Positions 1-11,787 of a stretch of 64,000 nt of DNA are shown piece after piece. The DNA is from Phoronis australis (Eukaryota > Animalia > Phoronida). Within the stretch, counting starts at the first letter, position 1, and each line of letters opens with the position of its first letter. The position numbers and the translations under genes were made by a program. The stretch lies in the NCBI GenBank assembly GCA_002633005.1, contig NMRA01000002.1:889278-953277 (forward strand), read 5' to 3'. The notes below the pieces were generated by a model. It saw only the letters and a program-made list of their open reading frames with translations. It made no database searches and was not told where the DNA came from.

Positions 1-1290
1 TTGACCATGATATTGATACAGTTGTTTTTTCTATGAATGTATTTTGCTATTTTGTTAAATTCCACTAAAAATACGTGGTCACGTGACGCAATTCATAGCG
101 GATTGGGAAAAAGCCAAAAACCAAATTCTACAGGAATTCTACATTTAAAAAGTATGATCTTCACGGAGTTAAAGTGTGCAGTTTTGCAATATTTGACTCA
201 CTTCACCAACAAATTGATAAGGCCCTGTCATTTTTTCTTGTCAGTAACTTATGGGAGAACAGTATTGTTGGCCACCCTAAACCTTATCTGCTGACCCGGG
301 CGACACTCATTCTCTTACTGGGCGAATTCCTGACGTAATCCTGACGGAGACACAAGGGGGCGATTGACTCCCCGATTTCCAATGTATTGAAAATTCCATG
401 CTAACATGTACATGATTTATTTAAGTTTCACAGTACTAGACTACAATAATCAGACAAAATACCCCCGTTTTCCCGTTAGGAGCAAACTGTGCCCGTAATA
501 ACTATTAGAGCGGAAAAACTCGAGTTGCAGAATAGCTTGGCCACCTTATTAACTTTCATGTTCATTACCTTCATTCTCGGTCATGAGAGAAGACTGCTGT
601 AACGATGAATTCGACTTCCGCCCAGCTGTTATGGTGGGTAATTCCGGGTCATTTCGTCTGCGTACGTTTGGCTTGTACTGTACAGCGCGTGGGCATCTAA
701 TGAGTCAAAATGTATCGTTAACGTTAATAATGACAGGAAAATAAAATGAAATGAAATGACACCTTTCTCTTAGGAAGGACAGTGTCGATTTAATTTGTCT
801 GGGGCCAAACGTACAGTAGTTTCCAAAATTAATTGGACAACGTCAATGCTGACTAAATTTAGGCAAAATCTCGTACATTTCAAAAGTCGTAAAGTAAATA
901 AAAAGGAATTTCGACGAATAGTTTGTATAGCTACAAGCATGGTACCTGTTCACGCAGTCGCAGATCATTTGTATCTCCCCTCACCTGATACGATTGTCCA
1001 GGTTCCCTGTGGGTTCGATTTAGGAGACCCAGTTCCATTTTGCAAATGCATACGTTTATGCATTTCTAACATGTTGGCACCATTTAAGTACATCTCAGGT
1101 CATCGTAACTGTTTATGAAAAAAGATGAGCCCCTTACCTACCTAATGCGCATGCCCAGGAAGCACTAAAAGCGAGACATAGCGTGACTGCAATCGAAGGG
1201 GCATCGACTACTTTGGTTCTGTGTGGTCAGACGAGAATGCCTGCTTGTATGGTGAAATATATGTAAAATTACCATGATTACTGGGTGGTA

Positions 1291-1480
1291 GTACGAGATT
1301 TTTGTTGTGTGTATGGGTGCAGACGCCAACCTGAAAATGTGAATGGATTTTTTACGCCTGCCGGATCATCAAAGGTCCTGCACTGCCGAACACAGTCAGA
1401 CCGTGCGTTGCGGTCACTGGGCTGATCAACGTTTTGTCTTGAAGACTTCTGATTACGTTTTTGTAAACCAGTTAGTTTCA
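1291..1480 (+). pseudogene. Degenerate THAP-domain relic, probably transposon-derived (second copy 8935-9124)
   Basis: Reads VRDFCCVYGC, then after a frameshift FLRLP-DHQRSCTAEHS..W, then RFC..QLVS. Resembles the THAP pattern CxVxGC...FxxLP...HQGxxTxELS..W...RVCxxHFVS. Confidence 0.45.
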
Positions 1481-2106
1481 TCGATTGGATGTGAATTCAA
1501 GAGCAAATTTCACCGTACATTGTATATGATACGAAATGCGCGTGCTTATAAACGCAGTGGAGGTTGCTGAAGAAGTTGTTTTTAGGAATCACGCTTGATT
1601 GTTTTGTGCCTGGGTTAGACGTTCTTGATGTGAAATTAAGCAGGCGAGCAGCTGTTTACGATGACGCTTCTATGACTTTTTAACAAGTTTTGACGAATGC
1701 ATCAAAAGAACGATAACACTATGATGAAGTAAAATGCATGCACTTAAATGTAACTTGTGTCAAACAGACATAATTCACTAGGAGTCTTTTGATCAATGTA
1801 AATCAATGATTTGTAGAAAAGTTCGATTTACTCTCAAATAACGGGAAAATCAGCAATTTAGATGTTTTAAAAACATGTTTCAGGTATTTATGGATAGCTG
1901 ATTTTTACATATCTAAGACACATATCTTTTTTGGCCAGAGATTATGACAATTAGTGTGCATTTTATGCAATTTTAACTGAGACATAAAGCATCGAAGGCT
2001 TGAAAAACGGCTGATCAAGATTTACTACGTACTGCAGTTGAAGTTGTTTTGAATAACTTACACATGAAGATACGTTTAAAGAATTTCCAATGGTGGTAAT
2101 GAAATA

Positions 2107-2242
2107 TAGATTGTTACATGGCGAAATCGTTATCCCCCGTTATCTAGAGCCCGAGTGGATTTTGGAGAATTATCGACCGACGGGTTATTAGTTATACCAC
2201 GATATTAGCGTCGAATCCCAGATACAACCGTGTAATACCCTA
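2107..2242. mobile_element. Short inverted-terminus element (MITE; Crypton-like termini); copies at 9752-9887 and, inverted and shorter, 12475-12582
   Basis: Termini TAGATTGTTACATGG...CCGTGTAATAATCTA (cleanest at 9752-9887); the internal GTTATCCCCCGTTATCTAGAGCCC has a close reverse-complement match in the 12475-12582 copy. Confidence 0.65.
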
Positions 2243-2261
2243 TTTAGTTATATCTCAGTAG

Positions 2262-2325
2262 TGAGGCCGTTTTCGAAGCCGGGCCTCAAGAGTTTCGAGT
2301 CGCCGACTTAACCACTACACCACTC
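2262..2325 (-). repeat. tRNA-derived SINE-like head or degenerate tRNA (copy 9907-9970)
   Basis: Minus strand has A-box TGGTGTAGTGGTTAAG and B-box GGTTCGAA (intact in the 9907 copy) at tRNA spacing; the anticodon and acceptor stems pair poorly. Confidence 0.5.
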
Positions 2326-2364
2326 AGAGGCTGACGTCATCGAACGTGGAAATAAAATACTTAA

Positions 2365-2829
2365 AGGAGCATGCCACCCAAAAAACCACCTAATTTGCAT
2401 CAACTCAGAGATAGAGTAGTTCTACTCGATAACGGCACGTACGGTTGCATTACCTGACACCTGACGGCAGACGGAGGTGTTGAAATTATCCAATGACGTC
2501 ATTGGTTTCACACGTAGTGTGTTCAGCAGTTCGCAACACGGGTTACTGGTGTCAGCTTATCGCTTGAATTCATCGTTTTACACCAATAAATCATAAAACT
2601 TCGATGTAAAACCCTTAAAAATACACCGAGTTCTTATAAAGACCTGTTGTTTTATTTCGCAGTTATGGAATTATTGGTATTTGGACACACAAAGTTCGGC
2701 AGGCCAAGGTCCGTAGCAGGAGTTTGGAGTCCGTTCGGAGATTAATTTGAAGTTTTCCGTAAGATACAGACCGGAGAACCTAGATCTGTGCTGTTTAGAC
2801 TTTTTGAGTTCTAAACACACAAAACGCGT
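2365..2829 (+). mobile_element. Left end of Kolobok-like family B element, cut by contig end
   Basis: TTAA (2361-2364) followed by AGGAGCATGCCACCC; same sequence as 10010 onward and 21939 onward. Confidence 0.75.
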
Positions 2830-3370
2830 NTCATGAAAGATCTCAACACTTGGCAATCTCGTGTCAAGAATATTAAGGGGTGCATGTGCGATTTCTTTAC
2901 ACCGAGCTCTTCAAGGCGGTTGGCCATCTTGTGTTTTCAGAGCGTTCTCAGTGTCATTCTCACAGCTCGGTTTCACCTTTATAGATTCCACTTTTTGAAT
3001 TGTGACTTGTCATTTCCACGTTGCGGCACCTTTAGCTTAGACGTGAATATCGATCACCAATACGTTCCTGACTTATTTATTAATCCATTTTTAATTGGTT
3101 TATCAAAGTTTATTCTCAAACTACATTGTAGAGCGATTAGTTAAGTTAGATGGTCGCTTACATAAAATCGCAAATGCCGATTGTGTAGAAAGAAGAATTC
3201 TTTGCACAGATACATCTAGGTTCATTGAATCCTTCATGACTTATTCTTACATAGCGCCATACGTGAAGCCAAAACGACAGTTGATTCTGACCTTGAAATT
3301 TGATGCGGTAGTGCGGTATTTTTAGTTGCCTACTTCAAAAACACGTGAGAAGAGCAAAAGTGATGTGCTT

Positions 3371-4431
3371 TTTTATGCGCCCACATATTTATACGTGGGT
3401 GCATATTCCCGTCATCTCTGTCTGGGCGTCCGGAGTCCAGCGTCAGCAGCGGTATCTCCTAAACTCCTCACAGGATTTTGGTGAGATTTGACAGATGTTC
3501 TTTTTTGAAGCTGATGACGGAAGATGACGAAGTTTGGATCTATCCGACTACCGGTGTGCCACATACATTGGCAATTTTATTTTTTTAACGTTTGCCACGG
3601 AATCTTCAGAGGTCCTTAACAGATTTTCATAAAATTTGGCAGATAGGCATCTATTAGTGAGATGACGCACACCATCCCGTTTTCAGATGGATTCGAGGTA
3701 TTTTGCGCCACCAAATGGTCATTTTTATTGTTTTTCGAGTTTTTTTTTTGGTGTCCGCCACTTTATCAACCAAACAGCTCTAAGAATGATTGTGAAAATT
3801 GGCATGTATGTTCTTAGTGTGAAGAGGACCGCTGACGATGATTTTCCATCGACTTCCACTTCTTTGGGGCCTTCACGGTCATTGCTGTATTTCCTAAACC
3901 ATCTGCAGGATTTTTATTGTATTATTTATATGAAGTTGAGAGCAGATGACGACGACTTTCCAACAGATCGGACTACCGGTGTGCCCCCTAGAGGCAATTT
4001 CATTTTTCTGTTTCCCTCTTAAGTTCCTTAACGGATTTTTATAAAATTTGGTAAAGAGCGTTTTATTAAAGAAACGATGACATGTCCCTTTTTTGGATGG
4101 ATTCGACGTATTTTGCGACATCTAGTAGCCCTTTTTACAGTTTTCTAGTCTGTTTTTGGCGTCCGCTCCTCTATCAACCAAACACTTTAAAGACGATTTT
4201 GAAAAGTGGCTTTTATGTTTCTACTGTGAAAAGGACGGCTGATGAGGATTTTTGGACGACTCGCTACTGAGGCGCCTCCTAGTGGCAGTATTTTGCGTCT
4301 ATGGCTGTCTGTAACTCCCAAACCCCCTGCAGGATATGTGTTGTATTTATGATACAAATAAACACCCCTAGAAGCACACCGCATTTGCGGTGCAGTCGTG
4401 GGCACATTTCAACTCTCCGCGTTGCTCTTGT
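3371..4431 (+). mobile_element. Helentron-associated / DINE-1-like non-autonomous rolling-circle element
   Basis: Starts in a T-run; 5' subTIR ATGCGCCCAC (3375-3384) with nearby inverted copy GTGGGTGCAT (3395-3404); GTCY-type simple sequence; diverged internal subrepeats; 3' subTIR GTGGGCACAT (4398-4407), hairpin CAAC-7nt-GTTG (4410-4424), end CTCTTGTT into a T-run. Confidence 0.75.
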
Positions 4432-5615
4432 TTTCTTTTTTACTCAGCTCAAACCAGTTTCAATACTGCAGGGACGGGATTTCCCCTTCCCAAAGCTGTG
4501 CCGGAAGCGGTGCTTCTTTGCGTTATTATCAGGTAATTATGTCTCACTTGCCAATACACAGCCTTTAAAACTTCGCTTGTGTGCTTTTGAATTTGCCTTT
4601 TTTAAAATTTGAGATTTTGACTGAAACTGATACGGGCAGTGTCTTTTTTCTTTGAATACTGAGACACAAGTTTCAAAGTGAACCAAGCATGCTTTTTTGG
4701 CGGAATATAAGTGCCATTCCCGCTTATCATAAAACTACAGGAACTGGAATGCCAACCCCAGCGAGTCTCCCATGCTATTTAGTGAGAGCTTTTCACTTCG
4801 AGTTTTCAAGGGACTGGCTGATACATTTGTATTATTTATTACCGGTTGTCCGCTCGACTCAGTTTTAATCGAGTGCTACACTATCCTTGATTTTTAAGTC
4901 GTCATATTTGTTCATAATAACATCATCAAGTGAAACTGCTTGGGCATTTTCCAAATAACTTAGCTATTTTTCGGCAAAATTCAATAGACCCGTCAGTTAC
5001 GTGTACACTGGTCACAATGTTGCCATGCACCAACGTGGCCGTACATGGGAACTGTTTTCTTTTGAGTTCCATCTCTTAAAAAGCTTTCGGCCTTCAGGGA
5101 CAACGTGTCAAGTTTTGCGTTGTGATGGTAGCCGAGGTGGCCACTTACAAATATTGGGTTACCTCTCTAAATGTCCTCTGACTGGTTTAACTGATGGTGA
5201 TGTCGGAGACATCTTTTTGTTTAACTAATTCTAACCGAATGCATGTGATATTGCCTTGCCTTAACTGTAATGAAAACTCAAAATTTAAGGGAAATTACAG
5301 GTTTTGCGCATAACTGTTTGAAAGAACTTCAGACATTTGCTTGCTTAGAAATTTCGGCCTTTGTTGACATGGCACAAGACAAATCAGATGACAAGTTAAA
5401 GCCATCTGGCTAGTGTGTATGTTTACTTTGGAAAACGCATTAAAACTAAAACCAAAAGAAAATTAAACTGCAGGCTGCCAACTATTACTGAACGTAATTG
5501 AACATTCATGCACTTGTACGTATCTCCAATGAAGTTAAATTATATTCTGATATTCTAAGCAGATTTCAATAAAAACCTTTTTAGTTCTATACTTAATTTT
5601 TATTACACCACTTAA

Positions 5616-7328
5616 AGTCCTTCTCTCACGCGTTGTTAACCCTTATTACATGGTTAGAGGATGTTATAAGGATCCAAGAAGTACTTACCCCATAACTAAT
5701 ACACGATCCGTACTCGAAAAAAGTTTAAATGAACGCGCCACTCACGATTCGCACCCGAAGAAAGACCGCCATTTTGAACTTCCCGCGAACCCGGAAGTAC
5801 AATTCATTCAGGAACCCAGGCCGAGAAAACGCCGTCAGTGCGACTGGAGCAGTGCCTGTANNNNNNNNNNNNNNNNNNNNNNNNNNNNNNNNNNNNNNNN
5901 NNNNNNNNNNNNNNNNNNNNNNNNNNNNNNNNNNNNNNNNNNNNNNNNNNNNNNNNNNNNNNNNNNNNNNNNNNNNNNNNNNNNNNNNNNNNNNNNNNNN
6001 NNNNNNNNNNNNNNNNNNNNNNNNNNNNNNNNNNNNNNNNNNNNNNNNNNNNNNNNNNNNNNNNNNNNNNNNNNNNNNNNNNNNNNNNNNNNNNNNNNNN
6101 NNNNNNNNNNNNNNNNNNNNNNNNNNNNNNNNNNNNNNNNNNNNNNNNNNNNNNNNNNNNNNNNNNNNNNNNNNNNNNNNNNNNNNNNNNNNNNNNNNNN
6201 NNNNNNNNNNNNNNNNNNNNNNNNNNNNNNNNNNNNNNNNNNNNNNNNNNNNNNNNNNNNNNNNNNNNNNNNNNNNNNNNNNNNNNNNNNNNNNNNNNNN
6301 NNNNNNNNNNNNNNNNNNNNNNNNNNNNNNNNNNNNNNNNNNNNNNNNNNNNNNNNNNNNNNNNNNNNNNNNNNNNNNNNNNNNNNNNNNNNNNNNNNNN
6401 NNNNNNNNNNNNNNNNNNNNNNNNNNNNNNNNNNNNNNNNNNNNNNNNNNNNNNNNNNNNNNNNNNNNNNNNNNNNNNNNNNNNNNNNNNNNNNNNNNNN
6501 NNNNNNNNNNNNNNNNNNNNNNNNNNNNNNNNNNNNNNNNNNNNNNNNNNNNNNNNNNNNNNNNNNNNNNNNNNNNNNNNNNNNNNNNNNNNNNNNNNNN
6601 NNNNNNNNNNNNNNNNNNNNNNNNNACCGTAATTTGTTGGCGAAAACAATTTACACAAAGTTTTAAACTCGTAACTTATCCCGCTGTCCTCCAATATGGC
6701 CGACGCGATCCAAACAAAGTGACCCAAATTTCGCCACAAAACTTGCAATAACTTTACAGTGCTTGCCCCGATTTTGATACTTTTTCGATTTTTACTGAAT
6801 AGAATGCACTACCTTTCCGATGATAGCAAAGTACTTTTTCAAAACGAGGAGAAAAATAAAACCGAAAAAAAATGGTTCGACCCATATTGGTTCCTAGGTT
6901 CGACCGGCCTACGTAAGGAACTAAAGACCGATGCTATTTTAACATACTAAGTACGCGTAACATTCCAAAAAAATCAACGACCACTAACTACAAACTATAA
7001 ATACACTACATATGCAAACGAATCACGATATATTACTAATAAAACAAAATAATGAAGACTTTTCGAGCAAGTCATAGCACATTCAGTTACAAGGAAAAAT
7101 GGCGGCGTTCAGGACAAGTTCCTGAACTGATGAGCCGGAAATGTGGGTACGGAAATAACCGATGACAACCGGTAATCATACGCTCAGAGAGAAGGGTCAA
7201 ATACTGTTAAAAAATCGCTTTTGGCAAGAAAGGCGAAACGAATATAAAGAAAGGGTGTTGAAAATAAGAATTTATGTAGTAAGTATTTTCGGATACTGGA
7301 ACCACATGGGCAGTTTGCGAGAAGGACT
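5616..7328 (+). mobile_element. Kolobok-like non-autonomous DNA transposon, family A (spans an N-gap)
   Basis: TTAA at 5612-5615 and 7329-7332; TIR AGTCCTTCTCTCA vs TGCGAGAAGGACT (12/13); both gap flanks match 32336-34812. Confidence 0.75.
5861..6625. other. Assembly gap
   Basis: Run of N. Confidence 1.
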
Positions 7329-7645
7329 TTAAGGTTCCGTTGTACACTCGAAAAATGTCCAAATTTGGCAAATTTCGGAACACCGTATCGCAAAAACTGG
7401 CAGATCGGATTCACATGAAACTTCCATATACCGTTCTTTATACAGTGTACACTGCTCTCAAAAACGCTGTTTATTATTGTTTTAAAAGTTTTCCAGTTTT
7501 GCATGAAGGGCTATCAAAAATAGGATATTTACAATTTTTTTAAGAATAACTCAAAAGCTGCATAGATCGAAAACGAAGCTATAATTTAGAATAGTGTACA
7601 AGCGTTTTTTGAGACTTCATCTTGAACATCTAAGTCAAACAAAAT

Positions 7646-10469
7646 TTGACCATGATATTGATACAGTTGTTTTTTCTGTGAATGTACCTTGCTATTTTGT
7701 TAAATTCCACTAAAAAGACGTGGTCACGTGGCGCAATTCATAGCAGATTGGGAAAAGCCAAAAACCAAATTCTACAGGAATTCTACATTTAAAAAGTATG
7801 ATCTTTACTGAGTTAATGTGTGCAGTTTTGCAATAATTGACTCACTACACCGACAAGTTGATAAGGCCCTGTCATTTTTTCTTGTCAGTAACTTATGGGA
7901 GAACAGTATTGTTGGCCACCCTAAACTTTATCTGCTGACCCGGGCGACACTCATTCTCTTAATGGGCGAATTCCTGACGTAATCCTGACGGAGACACAAG
8001 GGGGCGGTTGACTCCCCAATTTTCAATGTATTGAAAATTCCATGCTAACATGTACATGATTTATTTAAGTTTCACAGTACTAGACTACAATAATCAGACA
8101 AAATACCCCCGTTTTCCCGTTAGGAGCAAACTGTGCCCGTAATAACTATTAGAGCGGAAAAACTCGAATTGCAGAATGGCTTGGCCACCTTATTAACTTT
8201 CATGTTCATTACCTTCATTCTCGGTCATGAGAGAAGACTGCTGTAACGATGAATTCGACTTCCGCCCAGCTGTCATGGTGGGTAATTCTGGGTCATTTCG
8301 TCTGCGTACGTTTGGCTTGTACTGTACAGCGCGTGGGCATCTAATGAGTCAAAATGTATCGTTAACGTTAATAATGACAGGAAAATAAAATGAAATGAAA
8401 TGACACCTTTCTCTTAGGAAGGACAGTGTCGATTTAATTTGTCTGGGGCCAAACGTACAGTAGTTTCCAAAATTAATTGGACAACGTCAATGCTGACTAA
8501 ATTTAGGCAAAATCTCGTACATTTCAAAAGTCGTAAAGTAAATAAAAAGGAATTTCGACGAATAGTTTGTATAGCTACAAGCATGGTACCTGTTCACGCA
8601 GTCGCAGATCATTTGTATCTCTCCTCACCTGATACGATTGTCCAGGTTCCCTGTGGGTTCGATTTAGGAGACCCAGTTCCATTTTGCAAATGCATACGTT
8701 TATGCATTTCTAACATGTTGGCACCATTTAAGTACATCTCAGGTCATCGTAACTGTTTATGAAAAAAGATGAGCCCCTTACCTACCTAATGCGCATGCCC
8801 AGGAAGCACTAAAAGCGAGACATAGCGTGACTGCAATCGAAGGGGCATCGACTACTTTGGTTCTGTGTGGTCAGACGAGAATGCCTGCTTGTATGGTGAA
8901 ATATATGTAAAATTACCATGATTACTGGGTGGTAGTACGAGATTTTTGTTGTGTGTATGGGTGCAGACGCCAACCTGAAAATGTGAATGGATTTTTTACG
9001 CCTGCCGGATCATCAAAGGTCCTGCACTGCCGAACACAGTCAGACCGTGCGTTGCGGTCACTGGGCTGATCAACGTTTTGTCTTGAAGACTTCTGATTAC
9101 GTTTTTGTAAACCAGTTAGTTTCATCGATTGGATGTGAATTCAAGAGCAAATTTCACCGTACATTGTATATGATACGAAATGCGCGTGCTTATAAACGCA
9201 GTGGAGGTTGCTGAAGAAGTTGTTTTTAGGAATCACGCTTGATTGTTTTGTGCCTGGGTTAGACGTTCTTGATGTGAAATTAAGCAGGCGAGCAGCTGTT
9301 TACGATGACGCTTCTATGACTTTTTAACAAGTTTTGACGAATGCATCAAAAGAACGATAACACTATGATGAAGTAAAATGCATGCACTTAAATGTAACTT
9401 GTGTCAAACAGACATGATTCACTGGGAGTCTTTTGATCAATGTTAAATCAATGATTTGTAGAAAAGTTCGATTCACTCTAAAATAACGAGAAAATCAGCA
9501 ATTTAGATGTTTTAAAAACATGTTTCAGGTATTTATGGATAGCTGATTTTTACATATCTAAGACACATATCTTCTTTGGCCAGAGATTATGACAATTAGT
9601 GTGCATTTTATGCAATTTTAACTAAGACATAAAGCATCGAAGGCCTGAAAAACGGCTGATCAAGATTTACTACGTACTGCAGTTGAAGTTGTTTTGAGTA
9701 ACTTACACATGAAGATGCGTTTAAAGAATTTCCAATGGTGGTAATGAAACATAGATTGTTACATGGCGAAGTCGTTATCCCCCGTTATCTAGAGCCCGAG
9801 TGGATTTTGGAGAATTATCGCCCGACGGGTTATTAGTTATACCACAATATTAGCGTCGAATCCCAGATACAACCGTGTAATAATCTATTTAGTTATATCT
9901 CAGTATTGAGGCCGTTTTCGAACCCGGGCCTCAAGAGTTTCGAGTCGCCGACTTAACCACTACACCACTCAGAGGCTGACGTCATCGAACGTGGAAATAA
10001 AATACTTAAAGGAGCATGCCACCCAAAAAAACAACCTAATTTCCATCTATTTAGATAGAGTAGTCCTACTCGATAACGGCACGTACGGTTGCGTTACCTG
10101 ACACCTGACGGCAGACGGAGGTGTTGAAATTATCCAATGACGTCATTGGTTTCACACGTAACGTGTTCAGCAGTTCGCAACACGGGTTACTGTCAGCTTA
10201 TCGCTTGAATTCATCGTTTAACACCAATAAATCATAAAATTTCGATGTAAACCCCTTAAAAATACACCGAGTTCTCATAAAGACCTGTTGTTTTATTTCG
10301 CAGTTATGGAATTATTGGTATTTGGACACACAAAGTTCGGCAGGCCAAGGCCGTAGCAGGAGTTTGGAGTCTGTTCGGAGATAAATTTGAAGTTTTCCGT
10401 AAGATACAGACAGGAGAACCTAGATCTGTGCTGTTTAGACTTTTTGAGTTCTAAACACACAAAACGCGT
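7646..10469 (+). repeat. Second copy of 1-2829
   Basis: Colinear at offset about 7644; identical spurious ORFs (e.g. 1343-1570 and 8987-9214). Confidence 0.9.
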
Positions 10470-11038
10470 GTTATCCAGGCCAGTGGCTCGGAACCCGGTC
10501 AGGCTCGTCGCGGCCGGACTAACTCGTTATCCCAACCAGTAGCTCGGAACCCGATCACGCCCGTCGCGGCCGGACTGAAGACATCACGAATATAAACCAG
10601 CCAAAGTTGGAAACTAAAGTTCCAGTCAAATGCTATACTAGTTAGCCGAAGAAGTAATGTGCACCTGATTATGTTCGTGAATTAGCCACGAAACTGCAAA
10701 TCTACTTACTCGTCAGGGCCGCGAATTCAGATTCCGATTTGGCCACAGAACCGTCAGAGCAGAAGTTGTACATTGACAATTATTATTTGAATAATGTAAA
10801 TGCAAATAAAGATTACCCTAACACCTGGCCGTGGGATAGAAATCAAGTTATTGTTTCATACGGCCTCGGTGTCCGGTCAATTAGTTTTATCACCTAACGC
10901 CGGTAACGCAGTAATTTATTCATTGCTGGCTTCTCAAATCATTTGCACTCACAAACACTCCAAAGGAATTACAAATTGCATCTAATGAGACAGGCTTTGT
11001 TTCAGTTTTATATAAGGATTGGTTACGATGAGAATAAT

Positions 11039-11685
11039 TCAGTTTGGAAGAGAACGCTTAGTAATAAACGTCAACATGGCAACTCGCAATCCCGACTTAG
11101 ACGAGAGCTCGTCCGACGAAGACTTTGCAGGCGGATCGTTAAGTTTCACAGACATTCAGTTCGAACCGGAATAGAGTGATGAATAAATACTAGAGAGGCG
11201 CCGTGAACAAGCGCAGGCAACGGAATGTAGGGATAGTTATTTGGTAAGCCGGGATGGCGTCAGACTCACTGTCAACGACTTCAGGCCACAGACACGGAGA
11301 TGTTTCACGGCCTCGTAGTTGCTATTTACTGCGTACTTTTCATTCTTCACTACCGCGAGCCNTCAGTTTGGAACAGAACGCTTAGTAATAAACGTCAACA
11401 TGGCAACTCGCAATCCCGACTTAGACGAGAGCTCGTCCGACGAAGACTTTGCAGGCGGATCGTTAAGTTTCACAGACTATCAGTTCGAACCGGAATAGTG
11501 TGATGAATAAATACTAGAGAGGCGCCGTGAACAAGCGCAGGCAACGGAACGTATGGATAGTAATTTGGTAAGCCGGGATGGCGTCAGACTCACTGTCAAC
11601 GACTTCAGGCCACAGACACGGAGATGTTTCACGGCCTCGTAGTTGCTATTTACTGCGTACTTTTCATTCTTCACTACCGCGAGCC
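11039..11685 (+). repeat. 323-bp direct duplication across the single N at 11362 (assembly overlap)
   Basis: 11039-11361 repeated at 11363-11685 with few differences. Confidence 0.9.
11400..11567 (+). pseudogene. First-exon relic of a probable KolX / P2X7-ballast-like transposon gene
   Basis: MATRNPDLDESSSDEDFAGGSLSFTDYQFEPE*CDE*ILERRREQAQATERMDSN, then donor-like GTAAGC at 11568. The acidic leader plus YxFEP is recalled from nanor/P2X7-C-terminal-like proteins, not searched. Confidence 0.45.
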
Positions 11686-11787
11686 TCTTTCTAAGCATTT
11701 CGGACTCTCGAGGATGTCGAAAGGCAATATACAAGCTGTCCTCGCAGCTGCATAGTTCGGACAAGTGGCAACGATGCACCGCAACAT
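11594..11787 (-). pseudogene. THAP-domain first-exon relic of the Kolobok transposase
   Basis: MLRCIVATCPN, frameshift, IAFRHPRESEMLRK(R for W)LAVVKNEKY...KHLRVCGL, then donor GTGAGT (11593-11588); starts about 170 bp inside the right TIR. Confidence 0.65.

Larger units (their letters stand above)
1..2829 (+). repeat. Near-identical copy of 7646-10469 (likely uncollapsed haplotype or contig overlap)
   Basis: TTGACCATGATATTGATACAG at 1 and 7646; colinear with scattered SNPs/indels to AAAACGCGT at 2829 and 10469; this copy stops at the single N at 2830. Confidence 0.9.

Noticed and set aside
795-1118. 107-aa ORF conserved at 8439-8762
   Set aside because: Conservation reflects the duplicated block; TTG start and no recognisable domain.
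2262-2325. Functional tRNA gene
   Set aside because: A and B boxes are present but the cloverleaf stems do not pair; kept only as a tRNA-derived repeat.
5650-6751. Long ORFs here and at 42794-43545 and 47700-48374
   Set aside because: They are open only because they run through N-gaps.
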